Made by a program: the position numbers and the translations under genes. From positions 35,490-99,489 of the forward strand of contig JBFMGC010000002.1 in NCBI GenBank assembly GCA_040752815.1: a stretch of DNA of 64,000 nucleotides, written 5' to 3'. The notes below the pieces were generated by a model. That model was given only the letters and a program-made list of their open reading frames with translations. It searched no databases and had not been told where the DNA came from. The DNA is from Candidatus Zixiibacteriota bacterium (lineage in GTDB: Bacteria; Zixibacteria; MSB-5A5; GN15; FEB-12). Shown here piece after piece: positions 54,367 to 63,362 of this stretch. Within the stretch, counting starts at the first letter, position 1, and every line of letters starts with the position of its first letter.

Positions 54367-56739
54367 CTACTGGCCGTCGTCCGCGGCCACCAGCTCAGTG
54401 CGGCGGCGGTATAACGAGGTCAGCGACCCCAGCAATATCAGCGTGGTGCCCACCCACACCAGCGTGATCATCGGCTTCTTCGAGATATCGAGAATCAGCT
54501 TCTCCGGTGAAATCCCCGGCAATAAGCCGGGTATATCGAGCACCACCACTCCCTGGTCGGCTATGATCTGACGAATCGACGCCTGATACTTCCGGCCGTT
54601 GAGCGAAATCTCGGCCGGTTGGCTCTCCACGCCCGTATCGCCGCTGCCCTGAATCACCTTGGGAGCGATGGTCTGCGCACTGTCGCCATGCGCGACGATT
54701 ATCTTTGCGGCAACAGACATCCCGGCTGCGCCCATCTCGTCATGACCGCCGATTTCGAATTCCTCAAACGTAAAGGTGTAGTCGCCTTCCAGCTTGGTCT
54801 CACCCTTTCGCAACGCCAGCCCGCCGCCCGACTTGCCCTCCTCCACCTGCATCGGGGCGAGATACAGATCGTACGCCAGCGCGCGGTTGATGTACGGCTT
54901 GCGCATGATGCCGTCCATGCGCGCCGAGTAATACAGTTGCGGCCGCACCTCGCGCGGACCGGACCCATCATCGAGCGACAACAAAAGCTCGTTTTTGGGA
55001 TGATCAATAGCATCCCTCATCCCGTTGTAGCCCACAGAGACGCCGTAATGCTGTGAGGCCACTGTTTTCCCCTGCTCGACAACCAACCGCTCGTTGGAGT
55101 CAAATGCCGACGAGGCCATCACGCCGACCAGCATGACACCGAATCCAAAGTGCGTAAGCGGCGCTGCGGCGAAACGAATCCGGTCGGGAAGGTACCCGGC
55201 CAGATGAATCAAGTTTGACACCGCCGCCATCGCAGCCGCCGCGTAAAACAACAGCGTCATGTAGTCACGCACGCCCGCAATCAGCGAAATCACGACCGAG
55301 GCTATGAACAGTGCCAGGGCGGGTATGAGCGGCTTGCGAAACTCCGGATTGAACAAATACACGAGCATGCCGCCGACAACCAGACTGAACATGACCGCAA
55401 ACACCATCGTAGCGTCAAGAATCAGATAGAACAAGCCGAACCCGATCACCACACAGGACCCGACTACTACAAGGCTCTTTTGAAGCCCGTTTTCGAGACG
55501 GTATCCGGAGAATTTCACATGCGGCACAAGGGTGAGCAGAAACGCCATAACCACCGCCAGCGGCACGGCGAAGCTGTTGTAGGTCACGATTTCGGCGGCA
55601 CGGGGTTCATCCGAGAACCATCCGGACAGTATTGGCAGCGATGACCAGAACAGCACGATCAGGCCGAATACGAACAGCACGGCCACCGAGGCCACCAGCG
55701 AGAATTCTTTTCCGAAATAGTTGTAATTGATCGGAGCGGACTGAATGCTGCGCGCCCGCCAGAAGAAGACCGCCATCGAAGACACGGCAAAGAACGCCAT
55801 GAAACCGATCAGGTTGACATTGATCCCCAGGTCGGTAAAACTGTGAACCGAGAAATCGGCAAGCACCCCGCTGCGGGTCAAAAACGTACCGTAGATGACC
55901 AGCATGAACAGGAATATCGCCAGCAGCAGATTGCTCTTGCGCAAGGCGCCGGTCCGTTTTTCAACTATGAGTCCGTGAATCAGTGCTAATGAGATCATCC
56001 ACGGCACCATGGACGTATTCTCCACCGGATCCCACGCCCAGTATCCGCCCCAGCCGAGCGTCTTGTACGCCCAGTAGCCACCCATGACATTCCCCATGCC
56101 GAGAAACAGGGCAACCGTAGCGACCCACGGGAAGGCCCGCTTGGTCCAATCGGTGTAGTCGTTCCTGATCATGGCCGCCAGCGCCAGCGCAAACGGCACC
56201 GCGGTCGCCGCGAAACCGGTGAACATGATCGGCGGATGGATCACCATCCACGGATCCTGCAAAAGCGGATTGAGCCCCTGGCCGTCGGCCGGCACCCCAC
56301 CCGGAATGAGCGCAAAGGGAGACAGCTTTATCAGCAGGAACAGCAGGAATAAGTTGACTGTCGAGTAGACCGCCATGCCGTAGTTCGTGTAGCGGCCGCC
56401 CCGCCGCAGAATCAGCAGCCCCCAGAATCCGCAGAGGAGAAGCCAAAGCAGATACGTCCCCTCCTGTCCGCCCCAGAACGCGGAGAGAACGTAGAACGGT
56501 TGCTGCGCCCGCTCCGAGTAAGCCGCGACATACTTGAACGCATAGTTGTGAGTGAAAAAGGCGTAGTACAAACAGCCGACAGCCAGTACGGTGAAGCCCA
56601 GAAAGGCATAATACGCTCGTGTGGCGAGCGATCTAAGTTCTTCGCGGCCGCGGGCCACGAGGAAAAAGGCCGCGCCGCTGATAAGATTCATCAACAGCGC
56701 CAGCCATATAGCTAATTGACCGGGTACTTCGGGTCCCAA
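54367..56739 (-). CDS. ccmF: cytochrome c-type biogenesis heme lyase CcmF/NrfE family
   Basis: Polytopic, 790 aa. Carries the W-rich heme-handling motif WGGYWAWDPVENTS and CcmF-like N- and C-terminal regions. Confidence 0.85.
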   Translation of the reverse strand: MGPEVPGQLAIWLALLMNLISGAAFFLVARGREELRSLATRAYYAFLGFTVLAVGCLYYAFFTHNYAFKYVAAYSERAQQPFYVLSAFWGGQEGTYLLWLLLCGFWGLLILRRGGRYTNYGMAVYSTVNLFLLFLLIKLSPFALIPGGVPADGQGLNPLLQDPWMVIHPPIMFTGFAATAVPFALALAAMIRNDYTDWTKRAFPWVATVALFLGMGNVMGGYWAYKTLGWGGYWAWDPVENTSMVPWMISLALIHGLIVEKRTGALRKSNLLLAIFLFMLVIYGTFLTRSGVLADFSVHSFTDLGINVNLIGFMAFFAVSSMAVFFWRARSIQSAPINYNYFGKEFSLVASVAVLFVFGLIVLFWSSLPILSGWFSDEPRAAEIVTYNSFAVPLAVVMAFLLTLVPHVKFSGYRLENGLQKSLVVVGSCVVIGFGLFYLILDATMVFAVMFSLVVGGMLVYLFNPEFRKPLIPALALFIASVVISLIAGVRDYMTLLFYAAAAMAAVSNLIHLAGYLPDRIRFAAAPLTHFGFGVMLVGVMASSAFDSNERLVVEQGKTVASQHYGVSVGYNGMRDAIDHPKNELLLSLDDGSGPREVRPQLYYSARMDGIMRKPYINRALAYDLYLAPMQVEEGKSGGGLALRKGETKLEGDYTFTFEEFEIGGHDEMGAAGMSVAAKIIVAHGDSAQTIAPKVIQGSGDTGVESQPAEISLNGRKYQASIRQIIADQGVVVLDIPGLLPGISPEKLILDISKKPMITLVWVGTTLILLGSLTSLYRRRTELVAADDGQ

Positions 56740-56889
56740 ATCTATCTCCTAAAGTCGGTCGACTTGTCACAACAACGGTTTCAAACAAACTCAACTTAAA
56801 CGACCCATCATAGGTCTTTTGACGGTTATACGCAAACTGAAACGCTCGGACTAAGATGATGTTCCGGGGGTGGCGGTATAGTTAAGTCG

Positions 56890-57417
56890 CTAATCCATGA
56901 AGAGATAGCGGCGCCAGCGATGATCGTTGGCGCTAAGATGGCGCTGAATGAAGGTAATATGCGAGGGGCGCGTGGGTTTCTTGATCAATTGCAGCCCGGC
57001 TTGCTCAGGGGTGCGGTCGCCCTTGAGATTATTGCATTTGATGCAGGCGCACACCATGTTTTCCCAGGTATCGGTCCCGTGAAGCTTGCGCGGGATGACA
57101 TGATCTATAGTCATCGCCCCGCGTCCGGTGCCGCAATACTGGCAACGGTGGCCGTCGCGGACGATTATGTTTTTACGGGTGAGCATGATATAACGAAAGG
57201 GCACCCGGCGGTACTCGGCCAGCCTGACCACCGACGGCAGCGCGAAACTGCGCGAGACTGAGTGTACTTTGAGACCGTCGGCGGTTTCCACCATCTCAGC
57301 TTTTCCCTGGAATAGTAACACAATCGCCCGTCGCGCCGAACAGACCGTCAGCGGTTCATAGTTCTGATTGAGCATCAGAACATTGCGGTTTATTACCGAG
57401 CCGTTACTACCAGCCAT
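56890..57417 (-). CDS. HNH endonuclease family protein
   Basis: RDGHRCQYCG...TIDHVIPRKLHG..TWENMVCACIKCNNLKG is an HNH/zinc-ribbon motif. The N-terminus LNQNYEPLTV is typical of this stand-alone family. Start is set at ATG 57417. Confidence 0.85.
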   Translation of the reverse strand: MAGSNGSVINRNVLMLNQNYEPLTVCSARRAIVLLFQGKAEMVETADGLKVHSVSRSFALPSVVRLAEYRRVPFRYIMLTRKNIIVRDGHRCQYCGTGRGAMTIDHVIPRKLHGTDTWENMVCACIKCNNLKGDRTPEQAGLQLIKKPTRPSHITFIQRHLSANDHRWRRYLFMD

Positions 57418-57753
57418 CTTGCTACCCCTTAAACAGTTAACGGAAATGCCAGGTTGAGGAGATAGGTTCTGGCTGGGCCGGCCACCCGACATCGCCGTCA
57501 ACAGACAGGGGCCAAACACCTGTTATGGGGGTGAAAAGTAGCGCAAAACCGCCGGAAGTCAACAGGATTCTGGTGACGGGCGGCGCCCCCCGGTGGGAAG
57601 CTCGGCAAAGAAGTCCGCGAGGCTTCGCGTCAGTACGTTTCCCTCTTTACGCTCCCGAAGCGCATCGCAAGACGGTGCGATCCCTCTCGCATCGCGTAAT
57701 ACGAGTCGTCAACGATGGATGGAGCCCCGCTCCCGTCGGTTCACGGCGTCAGC

Positions 57754-58470
57754 CTACATGCAATACGGCAGAGGTCGCCCGGTCAGGAAGAGATAGTCTA
57801 TAAGGATGGTAATATCGCCGATCGAGATATCGCTGTCGGCGCCCTGCTGAGGATTGGAACCGCCCGACAGATTCATGTCGGCCTCGCCGGGACACCAGAG
57901 AGCTCTCCTGCTCACGAAGAGATGATCGATCAGCGTGGTCGCGTCGCCGATAGTCGGTTCGTCGCCGTCAAGGCCGTTTACATCGCCCACTCTTCCCGTG
58001 CAGCAGACCACGGACGTAGCCACAATCAACGGGGAGTTGGATAGTTGAGATTTGTTCCCGACCTCGTCACACGTGCGCAGTGCGAAATAGTAGCCGAGTC
58101 CCGGAGTAAGACCCAGGACCAGCACCGAGTCCTTCTGGCCTGCCGGGGAAGGGATAGGGACCGCAGCGATCATGGTAGCAGCCTGCCATTCGGCCTCGGT
58201 ATTCAGTGGGCCCAGGCTAAGCGGTTGAAAGCGAATATCGTAGCCAGTCGCCTTGCCGACATAGCCGTCGTCGCCCGGAGCCGTCCACTTGAGCTTGATC
58301 CCGCCGGTGGCGTCGGGACCGGCGACCGCCTGGTCCTCACTAAGTGCCAAGGTGGGCAGAAGCAGAATGGCCAGAATTGGGCGAAGCGTTTTCAGGAAAG
58401 CGAAAACGCGCGCTCGAACATGGTATAGCCTAACGCAATAACTCATTTCCACACAAAGCGCTTGGGCCAC
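57754..58470 (-). CDS. secreted FN3-like + dockerin/EF-hand-like repeat protein
   Basis: Signal-like LRPILAILLLPTLALS. FN3-like LKWTAPGDDGYVGKATGYDIRF...YYFALRTCDEVGN. The C-terminus CCTGRVGDVNGLDGDEPTIGDATTLIDHLF...DSDISIGDITILIDYLF contains two dockerin-like repeats. Confidence 0.55.
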   Translation of the reverse strand: MAQALCVEMSYCVRLYHVRARVFAFLKTLRPILAILLLPTLALSEDQAVAGPDATGGIKLKWTAPGDDGYVGKATGYDIRFQPLSLGPLNTEAEWQAATMIAAVPIPSPAGQKDSVLVLGLTPGLGYYFALRTCDEVGNKSQLSNSPLIVATSVVCCTGRVGDVNGLDGDEPTIGDATTLIDHLFVSRRALWCPGEADMNLSGGSNPQQGADSDISIGDITILIDYLFLTGRPLPYCM

Positions 58471-58699
58471 TCCAACGCGACAGAATGTTTGTTTGGGGCT
58501 GCCTGCCTGCAGATCAGTAGATCCTGATTAGCCGAGTCCTATCACCAGCCATGACCGGTCGGCAAAGGTAAGTACGATAATCGGCAAACCTTAAGCGAAA
58601 ACTATCGAACCCTTCTCGATCTGTCAAGCAAAGAACACAATAAAATGCCCCTTATACCTCTCGGGGATAATACCTACAAAGCGGGGAAATGGTTCCCAA

Positions 58700-60640
58700 T
58701 CAAACCACGTAGCCGCCGTCGAGCGGCCAGTGTGCGAAGTCGTTCTTGCCGATACGGGTAAGGTCGCGGGCAAGCAGTTGCGAGTCCCTAGTCACACGCT
58801 CGCGGGTCTTGCGCTCGTGAATGCGCTGAAGGTGGAAATCGCGTGTGGCCTCGTCGAACGGCATCCGCTGAGGATTGACAAACCTGACTGCACCGTCGCA
58901 ATCGCGTGCGGTGAGTAGTTGATTACGGTTGTAAGTGCTTGGCGAGAACGGAATATCGAGAAGGCCGGTTTGAAATGCGAGAATCGCCCCACGAGCCAAA
59001 GAACCGCGACCGAGCGATTCAATCTGCGCCATAACCGCATCCACCTGTTTACGGAGGCGGGTCATTTCGGCCTCGATCCGGGCCTGATCAACTTTGACAT
59101 GGGCCGCTTGCTGAACTCCCTTACGAGTCAACTGCAGGGCCTCGCCGTTGTCTTCCTTCGACGGAATCTTGTAGGCTTCGACCGGGGACTTGACCATAAA
59201 CCGCGAGGCTTTCGCCAGTGCTCCCGTGGTCGAGGAATTAACAATTACCTCGCGAGCCTTGGCCGGATCGGTAGGGAAGGCTGCCATATAGTGATGGTAG
59301 ACCGTCGAGACGGTACAGTGAGGGAAACCATACCTGCTCAAATACTGCTGTGTGGCGGTTTCGAGCACCCTGAGGCTGGCGATGTCCTGAATCCGGTTGC
59401 CCTGCTCGGCCAGACCGACACTAAGGCACTGGACGCCTGTTCGGGCGGAGAGCACTGACTGGACTATGTTCACACAGATTGGAATGGTCGGTTCGATAAG
59501 GCTGGTCGTCAGCGGTCCGAAAAACTCCCGGTTGATCACGATCCCGTACTGGCGGAAGTACAACCCGGTCAGCTTGTCGACGTACTTCCAGTACCTCAGG
59601 TTGTCGACCGGCGAGAGCTTCTTGTCGTAGGGGAACAGATAACAGATAAACCCGCCCTCGAGTGAGGTCGCCCCACCGGCCAGCGCAATCTCATAGACTA
59701 AGCGGTGATCAGGCGAGCCCGCGCGGATTTGAAACGGGGTTTCGATTGCTTGCACGATCTGCTCCACTCCCGGCACGCCGTGCACCGGCACCGGGTACCC
59801 GTTGAGAAACGACCGCTTCCCTTTTTCTGTTCGGCGGACTCCCTCCTCCGCCTGGGCGTACATATTCTTGCGGCTGGCGGCGTCGAGCTGAATCGACGAA
59901 ACATCGAGCCCGAACCCCCGCAGGTACCGGAGAAGGTCGATCTGGTCGCTGACATGGGCCACACCGGTGCGAGGCTGCAGTAGAGGACCGCCGTCGTTTT
60001 GCATTCGGTCTACGATCACGTTGTGCAGGTTTTTGGAAGGAACGGTGTGGTTCTTCCTGACATCGGTCGTCAGCACGGCGCTGCCGGTTTTCCATGACTC
60101 CAGCACTTCGGTACGGGTGGCAGCAAAGACCTCGTCGGACATCGGGTCATCGCTGACAGTTTCGAGATTGGCCAGTATGGGAAAGTCGTCCGCGACACGA
60201 TCCGCTACCGGCTGCTGCTTCATGCCCCGGCGATGAAGGTCGGCGGTTAGATTCTCCATGATGACTTCAAGCGTCACCGGCTTGGGAGCGACAAAATCGA
60301 AACCCATTTGGAGATACTTCTTTTTGGTGATCTCGGCATCGTCGCTTACGGACAAATTGCCGCCCAGATACCACAGCCGAGGTGTAGAGTCGGCCAGTTT
60401 GTACGCCGCGAGCTTGCGCGCGAAACCGTGGAGATAGAGATCAGCGTGGCCGTTGTTGCAGGAGATCATGATAATGTCGTATCCAGGCGCCTGATGAAAA
60501 AAGTCGTCGAGCTGATTCAAAATGCCGAGATTGCGGGCGACAAAACCGGCCTCGCGAAAAGCGAGAGTCAGGAGGGCCATGCCGACCGCGTGGATATCGT
60601 CGCCGACACTGCCAATGAGAACGCGATATGCTTCTTTCAT
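58700..60640 (-). CDS. fused cobalamin-binding (MutS/GlmS-like) + catalytic (MutE/GlmE-like) glutamate-mutase-type protein
   Basis: The N-terminus VLIGSVGDDIHAVGMALLTLAFREAGF carries the DxHxxG B12 ligand motif. The remaining ~480 aa share blocks with GlmE (QPRTGVA, LLRYL, SFLNGYPVPVHG, INREFFGPLT, LDIPFSPS). Start is set at ATG 60640; the track start 60718 would overlap the racemase gene. Confidence 0.85.
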   Translation of the reverse strand: MKEAYRVLIGSVGDDIHAVGMALLTLAFREAGFVARNLGILNQLDDFFHQAPGYDIIMISCNNGHADLYLHGFARKLAAYKLADSTPRLWYLGGNLSVSDDAEITKKKYLQMGFDFVAPKPVTLEVIMENLTADLHRRGMKQQPVADRVADDFPILANLETVSDDPMSDEVFAATRTEVLESWKTGSAVLTTDVRKNHTVPSKNLHNVIVDRMQNDGGPLLQPRTGVAHVSDQIDLLRYLRGFGLDVSSIQLDAASRKNMYAQAEEGVRRTEKGKRSFLNGYPVPVHGVPGVEQIVQAIETPFQIRAGSPDHRLVYEIALAGGATSLEGGFICYLFPYDKKLSPVDNLRYWKYVDKLTGLYFRQYGIVINREFFGPLTTSLIEPTIPICVNIVQSVLSARTGVQCLSVGLAEQGNRIQDIASLRVLETATQQYLSRYGFPHCTVSTVYHHYMAAFPTDPAKAREVIVNSSTTGALAKASRFMVKSPVEAYKIPSKEDNGEALQLTRKGVQQAAHVKVDQARIEAEMTRLRKQVDAVMAQIESLGRGSLARGAILAFQTGLLDIPFSPSTYNRNQLLTARDCDGAVRFVNPQRMPFDEATRDFHLQRIHERKTRERVTRDSQLLARDLTRIGKNDFAHWPLDGGYVV

Positions 60641-60672
60641 GATAGGTATGTCGTGTAATCGAGGAATCCGCT

Positions 60673-61416
60673 TTACCGGCCCGGGGTCAGACGGCTTGGC
60701 GCGTCGGGCTGGAGGCATTTCCGAATCGCGGTTTCAAGCAGGATGTCAATTGTATCCACCAGCGGTACCGGGAATTCTTCTGGCTTGAATACCAGAGGGA
60801 GTTCGGAGCACCCGGCAACAATCGCCTCGGCGCCGGACTCAATCAGAATCTGTGCGCCCTGGCGCAGCCGCTCTTTGGGCTGGCCGGTAACATTACCGGC
60901 TTTGATTCCCCAGGGGGCATAAATCGGTTCGGTGAAGTAGAATTCCTGGTCCTTATCGCGTAGCACCAGCGCCTCGATATCGCGCTGGAGAAGTTGCTTT
61001 TGAAACAGGCCGAGCTTGATTGCTCCTGTCGATGCGATCACGCCGACTCTTTTCAGACCCAGATCGCGGCAGCGCTCAGCGGTGTGGGCGATGCCGTCGA
61101 GAATAGTCGCTTGCGAGTGCTCCTGCAGTTGGGGAATGAAGTAGTGCGACGTCATGCAGGCCAGGACGATGTAGTCGGCGCCCATCCGGTTGAGGATTTC
61201 AACCGAACGCCGAAGCTCAGGCAGCGGGCTCGGCTGGCCGTAGAGAATGCCGGCGGTGCGGTCCGGGATTTGCGTGTTGTTGTGGACAAACGTCTCGACA
61301 TATTCCTGATCAGTCTTGGCCGGGGTCAGCTCGATCAGACGCTTGAAAAAGTAGGCCGCCGCCACTGAACCCATGCCGCCGATAATGCCCAGCCGGGGAC
61401 GATTTTGCTTGACCAA
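60673..61416 (-). CDS. aspartate/glutamate racemase family protein
   Basis: LGIIGGMGSVAAAYFF plus the two catalytic-Cys blocks YIVLACMTSHYF and AIVAGCSELPLV. Confidence 0.85.
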   Translation of the reverse strand: MVKQNRPRLGIIGGMGSVAAAYFFKRLIELTPAKTDQEYVETFVHNNTQIPDRTAGILYGQPSPLPELRRSVEILNRMGADYIVLACMTSHYFIPQLQEHSQATILDGIAHTAERCRDLGLKRVGVIASTGAIKLGLFQKQLLQRDIEALVLRDKDQEFYFTEPIYAPWGIKAGNVTGQPKERLRQGAQILIESGAEAIVAGCSELPLVFKPEEFPVPLVDTIDILLETAIRKCLQPDAPSRLTPGR

Positions 61417-61539
61417 GATGATACCCGCTCTAAGTAAATGTAAACCGGTTCTTGCTGTTTCTGAACTACTTATCGGTCAACCGTATCGACAGGTAAAAGG
61501 TTCACTCAAAAAACTGCCCGAGTTCCGGTAAAACCGGCG

Positions 61540-62313
61540 CTATTCATGGCGATCCCCGCTGTCGGCAGGCCGATGATTTGCGGTCCGGAAAGCCTCCAGA
61601 ACCGTCGCAGCAATCGCCCGGTAGCCGTCGGGGTTCAGGTCGACCTTGGTCCGGGCCAGGTCATGCCGAAGATACCCCGCCGTGTCGGCCACGGCCGAGC
61701 GCCAGTCAGCTACTGTGATTCGGTGCTTGTGGGCGTACTCGGCCAGCCATTGGCTGTACGTCGCGACCGTGTCCCGCACGATATAATCCTCGTGTTCGTC
61801 CACCTCGAAATCATCTCTGGGAGGGATACAGGTGGTCAGGACAGGCTCGATACCGTAACATCGCGCCATCTCGGCCAGTGAGATGACGTAGTCGAGAATC
61901 TCCCGGGGCCGGCTATTGGGGCGAAAGTTGTACGAGCTGACCTCGATTACCACATACTCCGGCCCAAGTTCGATAACATCGGGCCGGAACCGAAGCAGGA
62001 ACCCGGCCACGCGCTGTCCGGTTACACCCCGGTTGATGGCCTCAAAATCCGGGAAGTATTCCGCGAGCGGCCACTCGGCCATGACCTGGGATCCGAAGAA
62101 AACGATCCGGCCGGGAACGATGGTATCCGACTTCAGGGCCGCGTCGGCAGACTCGTAGGTACTCCGCCCGGAGAATTCGTCGACCACGTACAGGTATTTA
62201 TCCAACCAGTAGTTGATATTCGTACGGTACTGCCAGGCCTTGTAGCCGACATAGATTATCGTCAGGTTGCCGATCAGCGAAACCAGCAGCACCATTCGCC
62301 ATTTGCCTGTCAT
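61540..62313 (-). CDS. membrane-anchored SGNH/GDSL-like hydrolase
   Basis: N-terminal TM, then IVFFGSQVM (a block I-like Ser), GVTGQ (block II/III-like) and a late DxxH-like DLNPDGY region. The assignment is tentative. Confidence 0.45.
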   Translation of the reverse strand: MTGKWRMVLLVSLIGNLTIIYVGYKAWQYRTNINYWLDKYLYVVDEFSGRSTYESADAALKSDTIVPGRIVFFGSQVMAEWPLAEYFPDFEAINRGVTGQRVAGFLLRFRPDVIELGPEYVVIEVSSYNFRPNSRPREILDYVISLAEMARCYGIEPVLTTCIPPRDDFEVDEHEDYIVRDTVATYSQWLAEYAHKHRITVADWRSAVADTAGYLRHDLARTKVDLNPDGYRAIAATVLEAFRTANHRPADSGDRHE

Positions 62314-63362
62314 GAAGGTCTCTCCCCAGCGTTAGATTCCCGGCCACGAACCAGCTCCTGGAGAAAGCCGCAGCCAAGGCCGAGATGAATGGTTAGGAAT
62401 ATCGGCGGAGCCAGCACCAGGTGAACAATTCCGTGGCGCAGTGCAATCGCCATCGATGACACCAGTACCGCTGCGACATAAAGCCCGTACAGTACGGCGA
62501 ACACATACCAGAACGCTGACAACCACAGCGCCACCAACGGCAACACCACGAGGCCGAGGGCGAAAAGTGGCGGAATGAGCGTGCCGATTCCGAGAGTCGC
62601 CGGGTGTTTGCGCGCGAGGCGCATTCGCCCGGTGCCGTAGCGGGCCATCTGTCGAAACAGGCCGGCGATTGAGTTTCGGGGATAATAGTAGACTGCCAGC
62701 TTCAGCGAGGTAAACGCTTTGAATCCTGCCTGGGCCACTCGGTAATTGAACTCGTAATCCTCGCTGGCGTCGAAAGTCTCGTCGAAATAGCCGACTTTTT
62801 CGAACACCTCGCGCCGATACGATGCTCCCGCGCTGGCCGGATTTACGAACATGTCCTTGTCGGTGTAGATTGTCGAATCAAGCCCGTGGCCAAGAGGCGA
62901 CCGCCGCACCAGCGCCACCGCGGTTTGAAATGTCGCGTTCTCCGGGGTTTCGAGAAACTGCGGTCGGCTGAGCACGGCGACATTGTGCTCGGCCATCAAA
63001 CGCGCCGTACTCTTCAGGAGCTGATCGTTGTCGATATAGGTGTGGCCGTCGATGAAGGTGATTATGTCACCCGTCGCGGCGCGGGCGCCGAGGTTTCGCG
63101 CCGGCGACGACCACCGCTTCGGATTGTGCAGATACCTGACCCGTGAGTCGCTCATCGAAAGTCGCTGCACGATCTCTGCCGTGTCGTCTATCGAGTCACC
63201 GACTCCCACAATGATCTCCAGCTTGTCTCGCGGGTAGTCCTGGTCCAGAAGATACTGGATGGTTCGGGCGATATACTTCGCCTCGTTGCGGATAGGCAGA
63301 ACAACACTGATTTTGGGCCAGTTTTCCAAGATTAAGTCCTTATACATGATGGGTAAGGACAA
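62310..63362 (-). CDS. family 2 glycosyltransferase with C-terminal transmembrane helices
   Basis: ISVVLPIRNEAKYIARTIQYLLDQDYP..LEIIVGVGDSIDDT and FIDGHT (the DxD region) form a GT-A fold. Three or four C-terminal TM helices follow. Confidence 0.85.
   Translation of the reverse strand: MSLPIMYKDLILENWPKISVVLPIRNEAKYIARTIQYLLDQDYPRDKLEIIVGVGDSIDDTAEIVQRLSMSDSRVRYLHNPKRWSSPARNLGARAATGDIITFIDGHTYIDNDQLLKSTARLMAEHNVAVLSRPQFLETPENATFQTAVALVRRSPLGHGLDSTIYTDKDMFVNPASAGASYRREVFEKVGYFDETFDASEDYEFNYRVAQAGFKAFTSLKLAVYYYPRNSIAGLFRQMARYGTGRMRLARKHPATLGIGTLIPPLFALGLVVLPLVALWLSAFWYVFAVLYGLYVAAVLVSSMAIALRHGIVHLVLAPPIFLTIHLGLGCGFLQELVRGRESNAGERPS

Noticed and set aside
61417-61539. Cobalamin riboswitch upstream of the racemase/B12-mutase genes
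   Set aside because: The spacer is only 123 nt, and I see no B12-box-like sequence or the multi-stem architecture. An Infernal scan would settle this.
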